Shown: positions 35,547 to 52,015 of the stretch, piece after piece
Layout of the letters: each line of letters begins with the position of its first letter
Position numbering within the stretch: the first letter of the stretch is position 1
NCBI RefSeq assembly: GCF_009914755.1
Contig: NC_060931.1
Strand: one strand, 5' to 3'
Source of the DNA: the human T2T-CHM13v2.0 reference genome, Homo sapiens
Length of the DNA: 64,000 nt
The notes under the pieces: model-generated
Told to the model about the DNA's origin: nothing
The model's database searches: none
What the model saw: only the letters and a program-made list of their open reading frames with translations
Position numbers and translations under genes: made by a program

Positions 35547-36001
35547 TGACACTTTAATATCACTATCTTGTTCATCAATTCACTACTTCTGGTTTTCATA
35601 TATTGTTAAGCTCATTCAATATTCATTATAATTGTTTTCACTCCATGTACCACCCAAGACAATAGATCATACATTTGTTTTTCAATAGCAAGTAGGAGTA
35701 TAGGGACAACTGTGCTGAGGTCAGGCTCAGAGAAACATGACATGTCCTCTGACTTAAGTAGGAATGGGTATTATTAAGTTATTTTACAACTAGGGGTGCT
35801 GAAACATAAGTTGGGGACGGGGGAGGTCGTTTGTTCAAAGTCTCCAAGATAACTGGCAAAAATAGATTCCTTGATGATTTTTGGCCAAGAATTTTATAAT
35901 CATCTTACTTCTTGTCCTTTGATTGTATCATCTTTGCCTTCCTTGTGTGTTGCCCAATTGCCAGCTCAGTTAGTTATGATAAGGTATTCAGATAAGATTG
36001 C

Positions 36002-36305
36002 TGCCGGGAGTGGTGGCTCACGCCTGTAATCCCAGCACTTTGGGAGGGTGAGGCGGGCAGGTGATCTGAGCCCAGGAGTTTGAGACCAGCTTGGGCAACA
36101 TGGCGAAACCCCATCTCTACAAAAAATACAAAAATTAGCTGAGTGTGGTGTCATGTAACTGAGGTCCCAGCTACTGGGTAGGCTGAGGGGGGAGGATCAC
36201 CTGAGTCCAAGCAGGTCAAGGCTGCAGTGAACCATGATTGCATCACTGCACTCCAGCCTGGGCAACAGAGCAAGACCCTGTCTCAAAAAAAAAAAAAAAA
36301 AAAAA
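36002..36305 (+). mobile_element. AluJ-like
   Basis: TSD gat(a/g)agattgct. Confidence 0.9.
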
Positions 36306-36688
36306 GATGAGAGATGAGATTGCTGCCTCAGTCCCTGATGAGTGTCTTGGTGTCACTCAAAGACAAGCTCTTAAGCAGTGGCTTTGAAATTAGAGAGACA
36401 TCTGACACTCACTACGAGAACTTAGGCAAGTTTCTTAACTTTGAGCCTCAGTTTCCTGCTATGTGATATGGGGCAATAATAAACACTAATCCCCTGTAGG
36501 GATTAAATAAACTAACATTTGTAAAGCTCCTTTCTTAGTGCTGAGACACACAGTTGTCTTTTAAATTATTTCCCTTCTTGGCCTCTGAGAAGATCTCATT
36601 AGTAACATTCTGTTACCCACTTTCCATCTCTGGTCAAGATGAGAAATGAGACCAAAGAATGAGCAGATGGAGACCGAAATATCACCTT

Positions 36689-37447
<759 letters not shown>

Positions 37448-38692
37448 TGATAAAGGCTGTTTATTGTGAAAGCTAATGGTACAGCTGAAGGTAGACAGCT
37501 GAAGGTGATGTAGACTTACTCACCCCGTCACAAGTAACAGCGTTTGACCAAGGCAGGCCTTCCCATGCTGGGATAGGGAGGTTGGGTCAGAAAGAAGACC
37601 CGGCCCACTGGAGGAGCAGGGCGCAATGATATCCTCACTCTGCGCAGGCAGATACATAGGGGAAGAAGGGAGGTGCTAGACTGTGTCGTCTTCACACATT
37701 CATCAATCAGATTAAGTCACTCCTCTAAGGAGGAAGAACGAGACAGGCAGGACAGGGAGCTAGGAGTGTCAAACTCCACAGGGAAGGAAACCACAGAAGC
37801 ATTTCCTCCAGTGTCCCCCTCTCCTTTATTCTGGGCCTGTTGCTTTGGAAGATTCAGGTGCTGGTGGGAAGGTAAAGGCAGCTTCCGAGCACAAAAGGTT
37901 GGGAGAAAAATGTTGGGGAGAGAGGGAGAGCTAGGGTGGAGTCATCTGTAGAGGAAGAGCGATGTGCACTTGAATCCAGAAAGAAAAGTCTAGTTCAGAG
38001 TCAGGGGTTAGAGGTCTGAAGGGAGGTCAAAGTTCAGAGATCTGTTCTAGATGGGAAAGCACAGCAAGTGCATAACCAGAATTTCCAGGCATGGGAGAAC
38101 ATCCTAGGGCCAAATCCCGAGAGGATGGGGACAGCAGCGTTCCAATGGCACATGAAAGGTGGGTGAAAGTGATGTGTGTGTTGATTTGGGGCACAGTGTG
38201 GTTCACCATTTTTCTTTTCCCTCTTCACGACAACCAGTGATGTTTCAGATAATAGTGGCTGCATCAGTCTGGGTCTCTGAGGAAGATAAACTGGAGCAGA
38301 GTCACAGCTGACTTAACGTGGACAAGCAGCATGAATGGGATAAAAACTGTTGTTGTTGTAAGCCACTGAGATTTGGGGGTCATTTGTTCTCGTAGCATAA
38401 TCATAACTTTCCTGATGGATATGCCACTATAACATATCATTTCCTTCACAAAAGACAGTGAAGGAGAACTTTCAGTGACTCTGTCTGACTTTTGAGGAGG
38501 AGTATTACAAATGTGACAAGCCTAGATGTGGATGCTGATCAGTAGGTACAAGTCAGTCCCTGGCTGCATGACCTGCTTCCACACAGCAGCCTCACTCCCC
38601 ACGTGGTTCAGATTTATGCTTTGATGACTTCATGACATGGATCTTTTAAGTCACCAAGGAAGAGCCAGATATATCAAGTGGCTTGATATATT

Positions 38693-38763
38693 TGTACTCA
38701 ATGAAAGCTCACTAAATTCTTGTACAAGTATCTGTACTCAATGAAAGCTCACTAAATTCTTGT
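38693..38763. repeat. 31-bp direct duplication with 9-bp spacer
   Basis: tgtactcaatgaaagctcactaaattcttgt at 38693 and 38733. Confidence 0.95.
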
Positions 38764-38789
38764 GTAATATTTAATAAGTGGATAAGAAG

Positions 38790-39560
38790 TTAATGGAAGG
38801 GGAAGGGAACGGTGAACAGAGGTTGATTAATGTACAAATATACAGTTAGAAGAAAGAAAACCTAATGTTTGATAGATCAGTAGGATGATCTGTATTGTAA
38901 ACTATAGTTTACAACAATCAATTGTGCATTTTTTTTTTTTTGAGTTGGAGTTTTGCTCTTGTTGCCCAGGCTGGAGTTCAATGGCACAATCTTGGCTCAT
39001 TGCAACCTCCGCCTCCTGGGTTCAAGCGATTCTCCTGCCTCAGCCTCCTGAGTAGCTAGGATTACCAGCGCCCACCACCATGCCCTGCTAATTTTTGTAT
39101 TTTTAGTAGAGACGGGGTTTCACCATGTTGGCCAAGCTGGTCTCAAACTCCTGACCTCAGGTGATCCACCTGCCTCGGCCTCCCAAAGTACTAGGATTAC
39201 AGGTGTGAGCCACCACACCCGGCCTTTTTGTATTTTTAGTAGAGACAGGTTTCACCGTGTTGGCCAGGCTGGTCTCAAACTCTTGACCTCAAGCGATCCA
39301 CCCACCTCAGCCTCCCAAAGTGCTGGGACTACAGGCGTGAGCCATGGTGCCTAGCCAATTGTGCATTTCAAAACGGCTAGAAGAGGATAATTTAAATGTC
39401 TCTAGCATTTAAATATTTGTCTTTTCTTCTTTAAAAGACAAATATTTAAGGTGATGGATATCCCAGTTACACTGATTTGATCTTTACAAATTATATGAAT
39501 GTATTATCACATGTACCCTCCCAATATGTACACCTTTTATATATCAACAAAAATAAAGGA
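38790..39560 (+). mobile_element. L1MA-like 3' end split by an Alu
   Basis: aggttgattaatgtacaaatatacagttaga...ggtgatggatatcccagttacactgatttgatc. Confidence 0.75.
38929..39356 (-). mobile_element. Three-arm Alu (AluS dimer plus an extra left monomer)
   Basis: Single TSD aattgtgcattt at 38920-38931 and 39357-39368. Confidence 0.88.
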
Positions 39561-39593
39561 AAAAAGTTAATGGATTATGATCAATAGATGTAA

Positions 39594-39977
<384 letters not shown>

Positions 39978-40260
39978 CACCTTATTTATTTTTTATTGTT
40001 TTCTCTTCTTTATAATCCAGGTGATCCAATAATAACTATAACTATTATTATTTAGTTTAAGGAGGGGCCATATTCTAAGGCCCTTGAATGCAAAGCTTGT
40101 CCAGCTTTGAAGATGGGACCCAGGCATTCTTTTTCCATTGATAATACTTAGTTTAGGTGCTCATTATCCTCATCTGGAGCATTTTAACTAGAGAGTAGTA
40201 GTTGTGGTATTAATAGTAACAATAATTATTATTAACATTTATTGAATGTCTACTATGAAC

Positions 40261-40539
40261 TTTTTTTTTTTAAGAGACAGGGTGTCATTCTGTTGAGATC
40301 ATAGCTCACTGCAGCCTCGAACTCCTGGCCTCAAGCAGTCCTCCCAGCTCAGCCTCCCCAGTAGCTAGGACTACAGGCATGCACCAACCATGCCCAGCTA
40401 ATTTTTAAAATTTAGTTTTTTGTAGAGACAGGGTCTTACTGCGTTGCCCAGGCTGGTCTCGAACTCCTGGCCTCAAGAGATCCTCCCACCTCAGCCTCCC
40501 AAAGTGCTGAATTACAGGCCTGAGCCATTGTGCCTGGCC
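40261..40539 (-). mobile_element. AluJ-like inside a MIR
   Basis: Reverse-complement dimer; MIR-like flanks. Confidence 0.85.
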
Positions 40540-41120
40540 TATGAGGTATGTTTTTGCATGCACTGTTATTCAATTCTTAAACCAATCCTCTGGACTAAAT
40601 GTAATTTTTATTATAATGCCACTTTGTAGCTAGGAAATGAAGATTGAGAGAGGTTAAGTGAAACTTGGAGGTTAGCCACCTTTCATTCATCCAACATCCA
40701 ACATATATTACTGAGTGTTTACTGTGTGCCAGACACTGTTTCAGACATGAGGATAGAGCTGTGACTAAGACTATTCTCATGAAGCTTTTATTCTAGTGGG
40801 AGAGGCAGATAGGAAACTAGTAAATTAAGAAACAAGAGGATTTCAGTAATGATTAAAGCTATGAGAAAACTAAAATAGGGTAATTGACATGACTGACAGG
40901 AGTAGGGGGAGATTGTGCAACACTGGATAAGAGATTCAGAAGACCTAAATTATGTGAAGCCAGTAGTGCAACGTTTTGAGGTAATGATCTCATGACATGC
41001 ATCTTTGCAAATGCAAAGATCCTGAGAGAGAATGAGCTTGGTATGATCAGCAACAGTAATTGAACTAGAATTCAAAACTGGGTCATATTTTTATTTCTTT
41101 TACAGCTTTAGTGAGATCTA

Positions 41121-41470
<350 letters not shown>

Positions 41471-42219
41471 AGTATATAGTTCAATGGTTTTTTTACTGTA
41501 TTAATACTATTGTGCAACCATCACAACTATCTAATTTTACAGCCTTTTCAACATCCCCCAAAAGACCCCTATACCCATCAGCAGCCATTCCTTGTTCCCA
41601 TTCCCCACCCTCAAGCCCACTCCAACCCCAGGCAACCACTAATCTACTTGCTGTCTCTATGGATTTGCCTATTCTGGACATTTGGTATAAATGGATTCAT
41701 ACAATATATAGTCTTTTGAGACAGGGTTCCTTCACTTGTTTTCCAGGTTCATCCATGTTGTAGCATCTATCATCAGTAATTATTACTTTTTTCTGGCTGA
41801 AAAGATTCCATTGTATGGCTATACCACATTTTGTTTACCCATTCCTCAGTTCATGGACATGGATTGTTTTCACGTTAGGCCACTATAAATAATGCTGCTA
41901 TGAACATTCACGTACAGGTTTCCATGTGGACATACGTTTTCATTTCTCTTGGTATATATATGGCTAGGAGTAGAATTCCTGAGTAATTTGGTAACCGTAT
42001 GTTCAGCATTTTGAGGAACTGCCAAACTGTTTTCCAAAGTGGTGCCACCATTTCACATGCTCACAAGCAATAGATGAGGGTTCCAGTTTCTCCAGATCCT
42101 TACCAACACTTGTTCTTGTTATTATAGCCATCCTTGTGGTGTGAAGAGATGTCTCACTGTGATTTTGACTTGCATTTCCTGAATGACGAATAATGTTAAG
42201 TATCTTTTCATGTGCATAA

Positions 42220-42503
<284 letters not shown>

Positions 42504-43320
42504 GTCTTTGTCCATGTTTTAATTGAGTCATTTGTCTTTTTATTCTTGAGTAGTAGTAGGGTTTTAAAAATATTCTGGATATGAGTCCCTTGTCAGATAC
42601 ATGATTTGCAAAGATTTTTTCCTGTCCTGTGGACTGTCTTTTCACTTTCTTGATGGTGTTACTTGAAGAACAAAAGATTTTACTTTTGAAGTTCAATTTA
42701 TCTATTTTTTTCTTTTGTTACTTCTGCTTTGGCGACATCCAAGAAACTATTGCCAAATCCAAGGTCATGAACATTTACTCTTGTTTTCTGATAGGAGTTT
42801 TATAGTTTTAATTCATGCATTTAGGCCTATGATCCATTTTGAGTTATTCTTTTTTTTTTTTGTATAGTGTTGAGAGTTCAACTTCATTTTTTTACAGGTA
42901 TCCAGTTGTCCCAGCAACATTTGTTGAAAAAACGGTTCTTTCCCTATCGAATTGTCTTGGCACTCTTCAGAAATTCAATTCAATACCAATGTGAGGGTTT
43001 ATTTTTAGTCTCTCAAGTCTATTCCATTCATCTATATGTGTATCCTTATGCCTTATGTCGTGATTACTGTAGTTTTCTGGTAGGTTTTGAAATCAGGAAC
43101 TATGCCTCTTCCAACTTTGTTCTTCCTCTTCAAGATTGTTTTGGCTATTTTGGGTTGTATTTCCATGTGAATAGCATGATCAGCTTGTCAATTTCTGTAA
43201 AATAAAAAAAAAGTTGGGATTTTGATGGAGATTGCATTGGATTTCATTTTTCAGGATTATTCATTGCTAGTGTATAGAAATACAATTGATTTTTGTTTAT
43301 TGATCTTGTATCCTGCCATA

Positions 43321-43604
43321 TTTCTTTTCTTTTTTTTTTTGTTTACAGTCTTGCTCTGTCACCCAGGGTGGAGCGCAGTGGCATGATCATAGCTCACTGC
43401 AACCTCCAACTTGTGAGCTCAGCAATCATCCCATCTCAGTCTTGTGAGTGGCTAGGACTACACATGCACACTCAGCTAATTTCTAAATTTTTTGCAAAGA
43501 TGGGGGTCTCACTATGTTGCCCAGGCTGGCCTTGAACTCCTGGCCTCAAGCGTCCTCCCACCTCAGCCTCCCAGAGTGCTGGGATTACAGCCACCATGCC
43601 CAGC
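43321..43604 (-). mobile_element. AluJ-like
   Basis: Degenerate dimer. Confidence 0.85.
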
Positions 43605-43664
43605 CACTGCCACATTTCTGAGCCTGTTTTATCTTATACTCTTATCATGGTGCTTTACTGCTTA

Positions 43665-44079
<415 letters not shown>

Positions 44080-44369
44080 TTATTGATTAAACAGTAGCCC
44101 TTGACAGCAACATACAGGGAAGTACATAATTGCCAAATGAATGTTACAGATGATTAGAGATCTAGCAAAGTTCAGGGGATGAGGAGGGACGTGGAGGCTA
44201 TAGAGGTCTAGGAGAAATAGAGGAGGAGGGATCTGAGCTGGGTTCGAAGGCTCACCTCCTTCCCTTCCTTCTTTCTCCCCTTCCTTCTTTAATTTTCTTA
44301 TTTCCTTTTCTCCCTTTTCTCTTCCTACCCATCTTCTTTGAAAACATTAATAGAATGTAACCATGGTTG

Positions 44370-44540
44370 GTTATCATTTCTCAAACCTGGCGATCATCAG
44401 AATCTCTTGGCAAGCCTTTTAAATATACAGATTCCAGAGTCTCATGTCAGACCTATTGTATCATATTCTCAGATGGTGGGGCATGGACAACTGCATTAAA
44501 AGTTTTATCTGATTTTCAGCCAGGTTTGGAAATTTCTGGA
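44370..44540. mobile_element. MER5-like hAT fossil
   Basis: ttctcaaacctggc..atcagaatc..ttaaatatacagattcc..cagccaggtttggaaa. Confidence 0.5.
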
Positions 44541-44916
44541 TATGACTATAGTCATGATTTCCACACGTGGACCAATCCTCATCTTCATTCCACTGCAGCT
44601 CTGACTCTGTTTAGGATGCTCACAAGGCCAGCAGGTCACACGGGCACCTAGTAAGGGAGGGGAATTGGGCCTGTGCAACAGCTCCTCCGTTCATGAACAG
44701 CATCTCAATCTGCATACGTTACTGAGAGGGCTCTTCAGTGTCATTTATGTTTATGGGGATGGCTCATTATACAGATCAAACTTTTATTTTCTGTAACTGA
44801 GAATCTAAGAATCTCAAAAGATCCTTCCGCTGTCGATGGCCATGACCCTCAGAGTTACCTGTGGGATATGGACTCATTATCCAGATTTAATAAATAATAA
44901 CGGCTTGCCATGATAA

Positions 44917-45374
<458 letters not shown>

Positions 45375-45399
45375 CGAGAAGGCCCTTTCATTTCAACTC

Positions 45400-45940
45400 T
45401 CTCCAGAGGTAACCAATCTGTTGAAGACTGTGAGTGTCCTTCCCACATGTTTTTATAGTTTTACTACACAATAGGCAAGTTTTGCATGTTTAAACCTGTA
45501 TGTAAATAGTGTACATATTTTTTTCTGTAGCTTTTTTTCTCAACATTGTGATTTGGAGATTTATCTGTGGTACTTGTAGAGCTAATCCATTCTATATAAC
45601 ATAACATTATATTATATAATACTGCAATGTAGTGCTCCATTGTGTAAATGTTCTAGAATCTATTCTCCTGTGGGTGGATATTTGTTATGGCCAGTTTTTT
45701 GCTATTCCAAATCATGATGTAAATCATGCCCTGGTGTACGTCTCCTTGAACACATGTGTGAGAGTTCTAGGGAATATATCTAGAACAAAAATTGCTAGGG
45801 AATAGGATATGCGCACTTCCGACTTGACTAGATTGCCTTCCAGCTTACTGTCCACAGCAGCTGAACCAATTGTTATATATCTCATCAATGATATACAAGA
45901 ATTTGTCTTGTCCCACATTCTAACCAACGCTGTCAAGTTT
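45400..45940 (-). mobile_element. L1ME-like 3' fragment
   Basis: Degenerate antisense L1 3' motifs. Confidence 0.55.
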
Positions 45941-47596
45941 TTTAAAAATACACATATCTAAGCCCTATTTTCATAGATTCTGATAGGTTCACTCTGGAGT
46001 GTGGTTTGAAATAGGCTACAGGTGGTTCTAAAACACAAATAAAGTTAAGTCTGCTCCAAGTATGCATGTGTATATGATCTAATATATTGATATGTGGATT
46101 GTCACGCTGAGGTTACTCTGGTGCTCTGTTGGTAGCATCTATGTTGGCTGGATTTAGATGTTTGAGGAAAGGGTGGGGAAGTACCACTGTCCAACATACA
46201 GATACACTTTGAATAAAAAAGCGGTCTGTGATTTACCAGTGCACTGGGCTGTAGTTGATCTAAAGCCCTACCTTTGCCAGCTACGTGAATAGGGTGGGCC
46301 CTTTCTAAGTGCTGCCTTCCCTCTCACCAGGTGTGTGGCTGGGTATCAGCTGTCAGGGCTTGCATACGTGCGGTCGCTTAGGGCAAGGTGCCTGTCAGCT
46401 ATGTCTGCCAGCCCGCTGGGTGGTGTCACTGTGTGGAGCATTTGTGGCTTTTTCAAAGCCCTGAGGAATCTGAGAAGCAAGTGAGGGGAATGATGCATGA
46501 AAACAAAAGGCAGTGGAAAGAGTGACCAGCCAGCAGGCTCCAGCAGGCTAGAACGCTCTGTCCTTGTTATTACTGCTTCAGGAAAATGCTGCCAGCTTCC
46601 TGGCAGGGCCTGGAAGGTAGAGGCTTCTTGAGAAAACAAGGATAAGTGATGTGTACTCTGAGGCTGAGATTCCGGTTCCCCAGCCTCCCCGCTTTTCCAG
46701 CAGAAGCTGCAGGGTGAGGATGGGGAACCGTTTGCTCCTTGGTGGGTTTGGCCAGTCTTTCATTCTCTCCTGGCTGCTGTCCTAAGAGTTTTTTCTCCTT
46801 TCTTCCACTCATAAGCAGCACGGCTCTGGTCTCAGAGGCCTAGCAGGGCTGGCCTGGGAGGGAAGCTGGGCGGTGCCCTAGGCAGAGTTGTTCCCTGAGG
46901 AGTGATGTGAAGGTCAGCCTAGGGGAGGAAAAAGGGCCTCAGCCATAATTCCCATTCAAGGAGTGTTTGCCAAAGATGAACCTCCTGGTGTGGGGCAATG
47001 AGACACGGGATGCGCTCATACCTTGTCCACTTTCCCCCTGGTACTGCATTCACAGGATAGCCTAACCCAATTTTCCGAAATGAGGTAGAAGCTCAGCAAA
47101 GGTAAGCGTTTCCATGTTAACTTATTATCAGATGGATGTGAGGACCTGTCGTAATTGGACTTGCCGAAAGTCAACTTCTATTTTCCCTCCTGACAATCAC
47201 CTTTCTTTGGCATATAAAATACATGGATGCAAATTAGGGAAGAAGTCAGCATTCTTTTCTTCTCTTAAAAAGTAGCGATGAGGATAAAGAATAAAAATAG
47301 GCCTCTGTAGATACAATAGGGCTGAGCTGAGGGTGTGGTTTGCTTGGCAACAGCTCAGGCAAAGCTGTTTCTCTTGGTCCTGGAATGCCCTTGACTTCAC
47401 CTCTGCCTGATGCAGTCTTAAGAGACCAGCTTGATTGTGAGTTTTTTTGGTGAAACTCCCATCAATAGTTAGTCATTCCCTTTTTTCTGGCCCCATAGCA
47501 TTTTGCTCTTATAAAAACCATTCATCATATTGCGTGACAATTACTGACTTGGGATCATGCCTTATTCTCTGCGTGTGTTTCCTCAGCATCTATGGA

Positions 47597-47889
47597 CTTT
47601 TTTTTTTTTTTTTGAGACACAGTTTCACTCTGTCGCCCAGGCTGGAGTGCAGTGGCGCCGTCTCACTGCAACCTTCGTCTCCCGGGTTCAAGCGATTCTC
47701 GTGCCTCCACCTCCCAAGGAGCTGGGATTACAGGCATGCGTTATCACGCCGGACTAATTTTGTATTTTTAGTAGAGACAGGGTTTCACCATGTTGGCCAG
47801 GCTGGTCTCGAACTCCTGATCTCAAGTGATCTGTCTGCCTTGGCCTCTCAAAGTGCTGGGATTACAGGTGTGAGCCACTGCGCCTGGCC
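47597..47889 (-). mobile_element. AluS-like
   Basis: TSD atggact. Confidence 0.9.
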
Positions 47890-48414
47890 AATGGACTATA
47901 TTTTAACATAGTAGTTCTTTGATAAATGTTTATTGAATGAATCAAAGTTCCTAAGAAGATATCAGTCCTCAGCTCTTATATTTTCTTAATTATCCCCTGC
48001 CTTTTCCTTTGTGGGGTGATCTGCAAGCAGTTTCATCTGCACGTGGAATGGAGGACATGCTAAAAGTAAATGTAGCTTTGTTTTTTTTTCCTCCCCCAAG
48101 GAATTGCCTCAGTAGGAATGGGTGTTTCAGATATATCATTCTGTTACAGGTACAAAAAATTGTTTCCAGGAAGCACTGCCATCATTATCTCTGAGAGGCA
48201 AGTCAGTAGAAATTGTTATTTTCCATTTACAGATGGACAAATGGAAGGTTTCTTTCTCATTTACCAATTACAGAATGTCCACTCTGTTTAAAGTACTGTG
48301 CTAAGATTTTTATGGGCTACAAAGATGTACAAGACAAGGTTCTTGTTTCGAATAAGAATGTCATAATCTTATTTGGATAAAACAATATTTATATAACAAA
48401 AGAACTACAACTCA

Positions 48415-48761
<347 letters not shown>

Positions 48762-48878
48762 GTACCAAAGGGAATATAAAAGGCAGGCAAAAGAATGTCC
48801 AGCTAAAGTGATCAGGTATATCCTCCTGTCCCATCTGAGATGAACAGGTTTTGTGCTGGTTATTCTCCATCTGGCTCC

Positions 48879-49335
48879 TGTCCTGGTTTTCTGTGACTGC
48901 CGTAACAAATTACTACAAACTGGATAGGTTAAAACAACAGAATTTTATTTTCTCACAGTTCCGGAGGACAGAAGTCTGAAATCAAGTGTTGGCAAGGCCA
49001 CACTCCTGAAAGCTCTGGGGGAGAATCTTCTCCTTGCTTCTTCCAGCGTCTGGGGGCCCCAGGCCTTCCTTGGCTTGTGGCCACTCCTCTGAGGTCACAT
49101 TGCCTCCTCCTTTTATCTCTTAAAGTTTCTGCTTCTCTCTTATAAGGATACATGTGATTGCATTTAGGGCCTACCACAGTGATCTAGGATAAGGTCCTCC
49201 TCTCAGGATAAGGTCCTCCTGAACTTAATCACATATTTTGCCATGTAATGTAATATTCCCAGGTTCCAGAGATTCGGCTGTGGGCATGTTTTGTTGGCGG
49301 GGGAGGGGGAGGAGAATATCATTCAACCCATTATA
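48879..49335 (-). mobile_element. MLT1C/D-like solo LTR
   Basis: ctgccgtaacaaattactacaaactgg...aaaacaacagaa; cttataaggatacatgtgattg. Confidence 0.8.
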
Positions 49336-49339
49336 GCCC

Positions 49340-49725
49340 TGATATGGTTAGGCTTTGTGTCCCCACCCAAATCTCATCTTGAATTTTAATCCCCATAATC
49401 CCCACATGTTTAGGGAAAGACCAGTGGGAGGTGATTGGATCATGGGGGAGGTTCCCCCCATGCTGTTCTCGTGATAGTGAGTGAGTTCTCATGAGATCTG
49501 ATGGTTTTATAAGGGGCTCTTCCCCCTTTGCTTCTTACTTTTCTCTCTCCTGACGCCATGTGAAGAAGGTCCTTGTTTCCCCTTTGCCTTCTGCCATGAT
49601 TGTAAGTTTCCTGAGGCCTCCCCAGCCATGTGGAACGGTGAGTCAATTAAACCTCTTTCCTTTATAAATTGCCCAGGTTCCAGTAGTATCTTTAAATTAT
49701 AGCAGTGTGACAGTGGATTAATACA
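49340..49725 (+). mobile_element. THE1D-like solo LTR
   Basis: TGATATGGTTAGGCTTTGTGTCC...TAATACA, perfect TSD AGCCC. Confidence 0.9.
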
Positions 49726-50628
49726 AGCCCCATGTCCTTCTCTGCCACACTCTGTTCCCGACAAGGATGTTACCCCACAGATTTCGTCCCCTGGGAGCCA
49801 GTGCCCTCTGGCTTACTGTTGGGTTTGTCCAATGGCAGGCATCAGCAAGTATCAGAGGGTAGGAGGCAAAAGAGGTTGAGATATTTCTTCTCCTTTCCTC
49901 CCTGCTTTAGCGCCATGGGTTTGGCATTAGGTATGCCCCTTCACAGTTCTAGCTCTTTCTGGACTCTGATAAACTGTTTCTCTTCAGGCCTGGACTTCTA
50001 CTGCTACTCGACCTTGGGTGCCTCAGTATCCGCTTAAGTTCCCGCCACCCTCCCTACATCCTTGTAAATATCAATTTCATCAAATGATTTTCAAAATCCC
50101 AGCGCAATGTGCCTTCAGTTTTGTGCCATGATCTTGAGTGATAGAGATTCCAAGAAGCAAAAATTTAATTTTCAGAACGGAGAGATATACTCAGGTTACC
50201 TCAGTCTAAGCTTAAGACTAATACAAGCCCCATGTCCTTCTCTGCCACACTCTGGCAACGAGGAGTGGGAAGGTGATTCAGCACACAGTGCCGCCCTAGC
50301 AACTGGGTTATCTTGTGGGCCCTTCAGTAGTCAGTATCTGTTGCTTTGCACTCTAATTATCTGCTAGTATTGTGATTCTCCACTGCCCTTGCTGTTCAGT
50401 ACTTTCTATTCTTTTCTCATCTCACAGCTTCTATTGCTGCATGCTTTTTGCTGCCACATGACCTCAGCTTTCTTCCTTCTCTCTGTGTATCTTTTAGTTT
50501 CTGCCCATTTCTAACTGCTGACTCTCTCTTTGTATTTCATATTCAACTCAACAAAAGAATCTGCCTAGTTTGGCTGTTCACCATCAAGTGCAGGTGGTTA
50601 GGCAGAGCCTTCTTTTAAAAAAAAAAAT

Positions 50629-50763
50629 TATTTTTTTAAAGTAGAAGTAAATGGGGGTCTCACTGTGTTGCCCAGGCTAGTCTTGAACTCCTGGGCTCAG
50701 GCAATCCTTCCACCTCAGCCTCCCAAAGTGCTGGTATTACAGGCATGTCCATCATGCCCGGCT
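50629..50763 (-). mobile_element. FLAM-like monomer
   Basis: Left arm only. Confidence 0.8.
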
Positions 50764-50898
50764 ATCAAAGCCTTCTTGACAAACCATCTCATGAGCATAG
50801 GTCTGATGCCCTAGATCAGGTGTCCCCACCCCTGGCCTAAATGGCTTTGTTTGGAATGGCAGAATAAATTGTTACGTAATTTGGTGTCCTGTCTATTA

Positions 50899-51135
<237 letters not shown>

Positions 51136-51199
51136 TTACCAATGGACTTTAATAAGCTACAGGATCTAGTACCCACTTGTTTCTTATCTCTTACTACCA

Positions 51200-51460
51200 G
51201 GAAGCAGCACAGCATACTTTAGTGTTTAACAGCATGCATCACTAGAGACAGACCACCTGAGTTCCAATCCTAGCTCTATCACTTGATTGCTGTGTCATTT
51301 GGGGGCAGTTATTTAACTTTCCTGTACCTCAGTTTCCTCATCTGGAAAAGGTAAAATCAGTATCTACTTCATAGACTTGCTGGGAGAATTAGTTAATATC
51401 TTTCATGTGCTTCAAATAATGCTACTAGTAAGGGCTATTTAAGTGTTTGTTAGGTAAATA
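51200..51460 (+). mobile_element. MIR
   Basis: Core cctcagtttcctcatctg; ctgagttccaatcctagctctatcactt. Confidence 0.75.
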
Positions 51461-51663
51461 AAATATTTCCCCCCATTCACTACATTCCAGCCACATTGGC
51501 CTCATTGCTGCACCTCCAGCAGGCCAAGCACACTTCTGACCAAGGGCCTTTTTGTTTGTTGTTCTTCTAGGGGGACACATGACCAATTTCCTTACCTCTT
51601 TCTATTCTTTGCCCAAATATTGTCTTTTAAATGATGACAATGCTATTTAAAATTGCAATTCTT

Positions 51664-52015
<352 letters not shown>

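Larger units (their letters stand above)
48852..50145 (+). mobile_element. LTR33-like ERVL LTR interrupted by MLT1 and THE1D
   Basis: tgtgctggttattctccat start; gccctctggcttactgttgggtttgtccaatgg body. Confidence 0.55.

Noticed and set aside
47056-47101. Possible short exon (cacag| ... AAG|gtaagc)
   Set aside because: Splice-like motifs only; no recognisable coding homology or partner exons.
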